A stretch of DNA of 56,021 bases, the filler included, from Bipalium vagum (Eukaryota), in assembly GCA_037834085.1 (NCBI GenBank). It is 3 parts of 3 records of this genome, joined end to end, with 100 filler letters (N's around TTAATTAATTAA, not from the genome) between each part and the next. Parts side by side here need not be neighbours in the genome. Positions count along the whole stretch, not along the records: positions 40,180 to 56,021 come from JBBMKC010142974.1; 2 more parts are not named here. One strand, given 5' to 3'. Positions 51,255-56,021 of this stretch are shown in pieces. Numbering within the stretch: the stretch's first letter is position 1; every line of letters begins with the position of its first letter. The notes below the pieces were generated by a model. It saw only the letters and a list, made by a program, of their open reading frames with translations, ran no database searches and was not told the DNA's origin. The position numbers and the translations under genes are program-made.

Positions 51255-52462
51255 ATTCTCCATTTGGTAGATGGGGGTTGTTAACAAAACCTTTTCGACA
51301 TTAGCTAATCTTTTTGGTATATCTTTCATAAAACGTGTCTCGTGAAAGTCTTGTAGAATTTATTTAAGTCTGTTTTATATATTTTTATTTTTATAGTGAA
51401 AAGAAAGATTTTTTCGTGTTAAGGAAATGGAAATGTTTCGGATAATTGTGTATATAAATACAACTATGAAGACGAACTATTGTCTGTTTTTTTAGCTATC
51501 GTGTCTCGCATTTTTTCGATCAGGTCATCAATAATCTGAAATTTAGTGATAAGTACTCTATTCTTAAACCTAAACAAAGAAGTATAACAGTGTCAAATCA
51601 CTTAACCTTGGGAGCCAGTTCATATCAACTCTATATAACCATTAAGTTACTTCTTTTTAATGAAAGAGTGACATATTATTTAATTTGGTTAAACCGAATT
51701 CCATAAAAAGTTCATAATTTCGATCTCTTAATTAATGGCAAAATATAATTTTTAAAAATAATGACCAATCAATTCTTTAGCCCAACAATAGAACCAAATA
51801 GCCGTCCTCTCAGGATATATTTGAAGATAACCCAGCAGATCACAAATTTACAGCTGTACATTACACAAGATGCTTTATTTTATCTAAATAAACCCTTTAA
51901 ACCTGGTCGATTACATCACGTATTTTTCAATAAATCAATCTTTTGACGAAGCACCAAATACAACAGATGTGATTCTAACATACCTGCATCAGGTGCGTTT
52001 CTTACTTTGTTAACCATTTTCAACTTCTGCCAAAGGCTTTCGAAGTGATTTGTGATTGAATATGAATTGAATAGCACAAATAGTACGGCCAATCCATTTT
52101 TAGTCTCCATGGTTAATTCCCTGTTAAAAATACAACCATAATTTCTCTAAAAGTATTTCCAATTTTATGATCTCTTCCAGCGCCGAGTGGGAATTTTAGT
52201 TCATCTTGCATTTGTTTGTCCTTTATGAAAAAGTTTACCATTACATAATCAGCGAGTTGTTTACGGCAGTAGTGAATTATATTCTACCATAAAAGATTTA
52301 AATATTAATGTTTACTAAAAGCAGTAAAACAAAAATAAAAAATATCAATGCTTTACAACATTTTTATTTCGATTTAATTATTAAAAATAAAAAGTTTTTC
52401 CAAAATTATCAGAAAGCTCTGGTTTTAAAATTGACGACGACAACGGTTTATCAATTTTTCTT

Positions 52463-52950
52463 TTACGTATGACTTGTTTCGTTTCGGGATAAATAAACCG
52501 ATTGAGGCAGAAAGAGCTTTATGAAAAGTCCGACCAAAAAGATAATGAGAACCATTAAATATGCCACGAGCCTTTTCAGAATTATTTTTCGACGGTCAGA
52601 TTTCGTGGTGAATTCCGTTTTCGCGGTGATCGGACCCTTCGGTTCCGAATTCGGAATTAATGATGTACTGGCTTGTCTCTGGTGACCATGATGATGAAGA
52701 TTGGATTCTAAAGTTTTGGAAAGAAACCACTGTTAAAGTTAATAAATTCATTCACGTAAAAAAATTAATAAGATTCTTAATTAATTATAATTTTATATTA
52801 TTATTATATAATATTAAGTCGTTTATTAAATACTATTATTATCATCATTATTATTATCATTTATTGTTAATATTTTTTATTACTTATTTAAGACCTATTT
52901 CCAAACTCATACCTTTGATCTTTATTGGACTTACAAAATGTCTTGCATAC
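52463..52950 (-). CDS. Probable last two exons of a gene encoding a C-terminal transmembrane helix
   Basis: Exons 52950-52913 and 52707-52463 join in phase: YARHFVSPIKIKESNLHHHGHQ...RRKIILKRLVAYLMVLIIFLVGLFIKLFLPQSVYLSRNETSHT*. Locally GC-rich. Alternative frames exist and upstream exons are unresolved. Confidence 0.45.
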
Positions 52951-53349
52951 CTGTCAAAATATAAATAAATGTCTAAAATATGACATGACAGGTATTGTTC
53001 TTTGAAATGTGACAATAAAAAACGACTACAGATGACAACAAAGTGAAATTGGATGTACTAAAATGAAGATTCATTAAAGCTGAGTAACATGCATGAATAA
53101 ATTATCTGTGCTTGCGAAGCTATGATAATGGTGATGTTGATTTTGATGGTATGATGAATTTGTGACACCAGATTATCAGTCCACACAATTGGCTTAACAT
53201 AATTGGCAAAGTTTTGTTCATTGTTCAATTTCTAAAGAAAACATTTTGCGTTTAGTATTAATCATTCACTTTTCAGTTCACATTGACCATTGAACCTGAA
53301 CCGTTTCTGAACATTGAAACGTAACATATTAAAAAAAACAAAGGCCTTT

Positions 53350-54300
53350 CCACTATAAAGGTATGCGTGATCACTATTCACTTCTCCGGATCTTGTTCTT
53401 TAAAACTATAACATTGATGTTTCAAGTAAATGCTTTTTCAAAAAATTTGTTGAACACGAAATTTTATTTAAAATACTCTCCTTATATGTATTTCGATCTT
53501 TTCATTCGGATCTTTTTCAGTCAATTTTTAATATTGTTCTCCATTATATATCTTCAAATGATATCACTTTCATGATTTATATAAAATCATCACCATTATT
53601 ATTGAGCAAAAGTAAGAAACCTCTTTATTTATAAATACTTTAAAGTAATTTTTCAATTCTTAAAACAAATTTTTCCTATAAAAGTAAAAATATATATATA
53701 TTTTTAAAAATATTAATTAAGAAGAAAATCAATAATCATCAATTGATTCCTGATTTCTCTATTTTGTGAATTAATTTCTGTTTTTAGTTTTTTTTATTAT
53801 TAATGATTTGCATATTTTTCATTCTTCATCATTATCAAAGTTGTTCTTTACTGCACTAAACTAAATTTTAAAAATTTTCTATTTTTTCTTTTATTTCTTC
53901 AAATTGAATTCTTGATTGTTCAAAAGTTTATCCTAAGTAACTTCTACCATCTTTTTGATTTTTCAATTTTGATAGGCATTATGTTTTAACTTTCTGTTAA
54001 GTTCACTAAATTCTCTATTGATCTGCTTATAATCCGATGTTTAGGATCATACTCGGTGTATTAATCCTTTCATTAGAACATTCTTATACTTTTCCTCACA
54101 GTAGCTGTTATTTGATGTCTATATGCTGGCATTTTTAAAATCTTACATACTGGTGTTTTCAACCTATTGCTTTGATTTTCTTTTATTACTAATGTCTAGG
54201 AATGGTAATTTGTTTTCACTTTCCTTTTCAATAGTGAACTTTATATTAAGATAGAGATTATTTATGTATTCTAGGAATGGGTCAATTTCGTGTTTTTTTG
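53350..54300 (-). mobile_element. Penelope-like retroelement RT relic
   Basis: FLEYINNLYLNIKFTIEKESENKLPFLDI and KGLIHRV..SDYKQINREF (RT C-terminal region); KLTEKDPNEKIE (RT N-terminal region). Confidence 0.75.
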
Positions 54301-55937
54301 AATATTATGAATACAAATGTATATGTTTAATATAATATATTAATTAGTATATATAATTTTTAAAATGAATTAATTCACAAAATGGAGAAAGCAAAAATCA
54401 ATTTCTTTTTAACGTTTTTAATTAATATTTTGTAAAACAATCTTTTAAATAAAAACATTTAAAAATGTTACCATAATTTTAAAGTTTTGGAATAAAAGGT
54501 CCAATAATAATGAAGATAATTTATATAATTCAAAGATATGGACAGAAATTATTGAAATTTTATAGAAATAAGAAAAAAGAATACAATTTTCAAAAAGATC
54601 TAGAACCTTCTAAAGGACTATACGAAGCTTTAGAATATGAATATCACAAAGAAATTTTAATACCACCTAAAAAAATTACTTAGGTTTTAAAACATTGAAA
54701 TTAAAGCTGACGAACGACAGTTTACTTTGATCAATATGAGAAATTTTAATAATAATGTTGAAAAAAACATCTGTGAGAACTAAATAAAGAGCCAAATAAC
54801 AGTAATATTCAAATAGGAGAATATGAAAATCAATATATTTTCTGATGATTCATCAGTGAATGATAATTTTCACAAATTATAATTCAGTAAAAATAATTTT
54901 AATTAAAAAATAATACCATCGTTTGATTGGTTAAAACGTAGCTATCCAATAATAATGATTGATGCAAAACTGATAAAAAGTTCAAAACTGGTTTCATAAT
55001 AATAATAAAAGTTTAAGCAAATTTTATTGTCAATTGATAAAATCGATTATTAAAAATTAAATTGATTTTGTTTAAGACTAAATTAAAACAAAAATGATAT
55101 TTTTACTATAGCCGGGGTAGTTCGTGTTTATTATTAATTTAATATTATTAATTAAGGAAATTAGATGTCACATTATAAAGACTATAAGAAAAGCAAATTT
55201 CTGTTCAATTTAATAATGACTGTAAAAGAATGAAATAACCTGAGGAGGAATTTAAGTCATCTTGGTTGTCAGATACGTTGGAAATGTTGTTTTTAATTCT
55301 TTCTTGAGCCTGAAACATTAAATTCATTTATCTTCATTTTCGCTTTAGTAAGAATCAAGGATTTAGTACCTCAACGAAATAGACAGTGAAGATATTGATA
55401 TTTCCCTCACAATGGATAAAATATAAATAAATACCAATTTCTTTTCATAATATTTTCTCACAATTAATTCTTATCGTACATTTAGTTTTCAGGAAAATAT
55501 TAACTTAGTTTTTGTGGCTGTCTATCTGACTCCAAATAAAATCATTGTTGTTTAAACAAATTGCTGTATTAACATATCTAATATTTTATTGACTTTTAGC
55601 ACATGAACCCCTCACAAAACATACATTGTCTTAAATCTGGCGAGACCTTTTACACTGATCTAACGGATTGGAATAAACAATGTTGATATTGTTCATTAAA
55701 TAATATTACATATAGTGTACCGATCCATTGTAAGTAAAAAATATTTGAGGGTTACGAAAAAGGTTTGATTCAAGTTAGAACTTTATAGCTTAGATTGGAC
55801 GATATTATTATACCAATTAATAGTTTAATTAGTATAATATCTTTGTTTGGTTTACCCAAGACACCCCCCCGGGAAAATATAACCAAGGAAAATCATGAAA
55901 AGGGTATAGATGTTAAAAATAAAAATAATAATAATAA

Positions 55938-56021
55938 TGTTGGAGCAAACCTGCCCCCTAGCGTATCTGACCTTAACTAAGGTTGCTATGGGCTTAACTA
56001 TTGAGCTCGCACCCAAAAACA
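55938..56021 (+). repeat. Second copy of the repeat at about 20550-20646, running off the window end
   Basis: TGTTGGAGCAAAC..CTGACCT..ACT.AG.TTG.T.TGGGCTTA.CTA..GAGC aligns with the reverse complement of 20575-20646. Confidence 0.75.

Noticed and set aside
52610-52660. Structured ncRNA (AATTCCG/CGGAATT and TCGGA/TCCGA stems)
   Set aside because: It lies within an open, splice-bounded minus-strand frame that better explains the GC content.
53355-53395. Hammerhead remnant (CCGGAGA-GTGA..TCAC-GCAT) after the Penelope relic
   Set aside because: Both core boxes mismatch, and the sequence equally fits decayed RT coding (KIRR...RIPL, like PKIHK...PLRPIV).

Overview
Very AT-rich eukaryotic DNA with GT-AG introns, dense in decayed transposons. 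It is probably from a protostome invertebrate; the receptor TM3 motif hints at a spiralian (inference). Two identical 100-nt spacers (44N+TTAATTAATTAA+44N at 18648-18747 and 40080-40179) look artificial, so the window is probably three joined segments. Two genes are well supported: an intronless beta-adrenergic-like octopamine receptor (3074-4273, -) and a 19-exon gamma-tubulin complex component 3 gene (12705-17418, -). Hand splicing also gives a 7-exon orphan gene (41724-51254, +), a possible mariner-disrupted pseudogene (about 8031-10160, +) and a minus-strand terminal exon encoding a transmembrane helix (52463-52707). The rest is relics of mariner, Tc1, pogo/Tigger, IS630-like, hAT, Ty3/gypsy and Penelope-like elements, plus LTR-like repeats and minisatellites. 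I found no convincing new multi-gene system. The best leads are a tRNA-Ala-derived cassette with complementary flanks inside a mariner relic, a hairpin-dense repeat present twice, the orphan genes and a three-level transposon nest. All calls are by eye, with no database searches.
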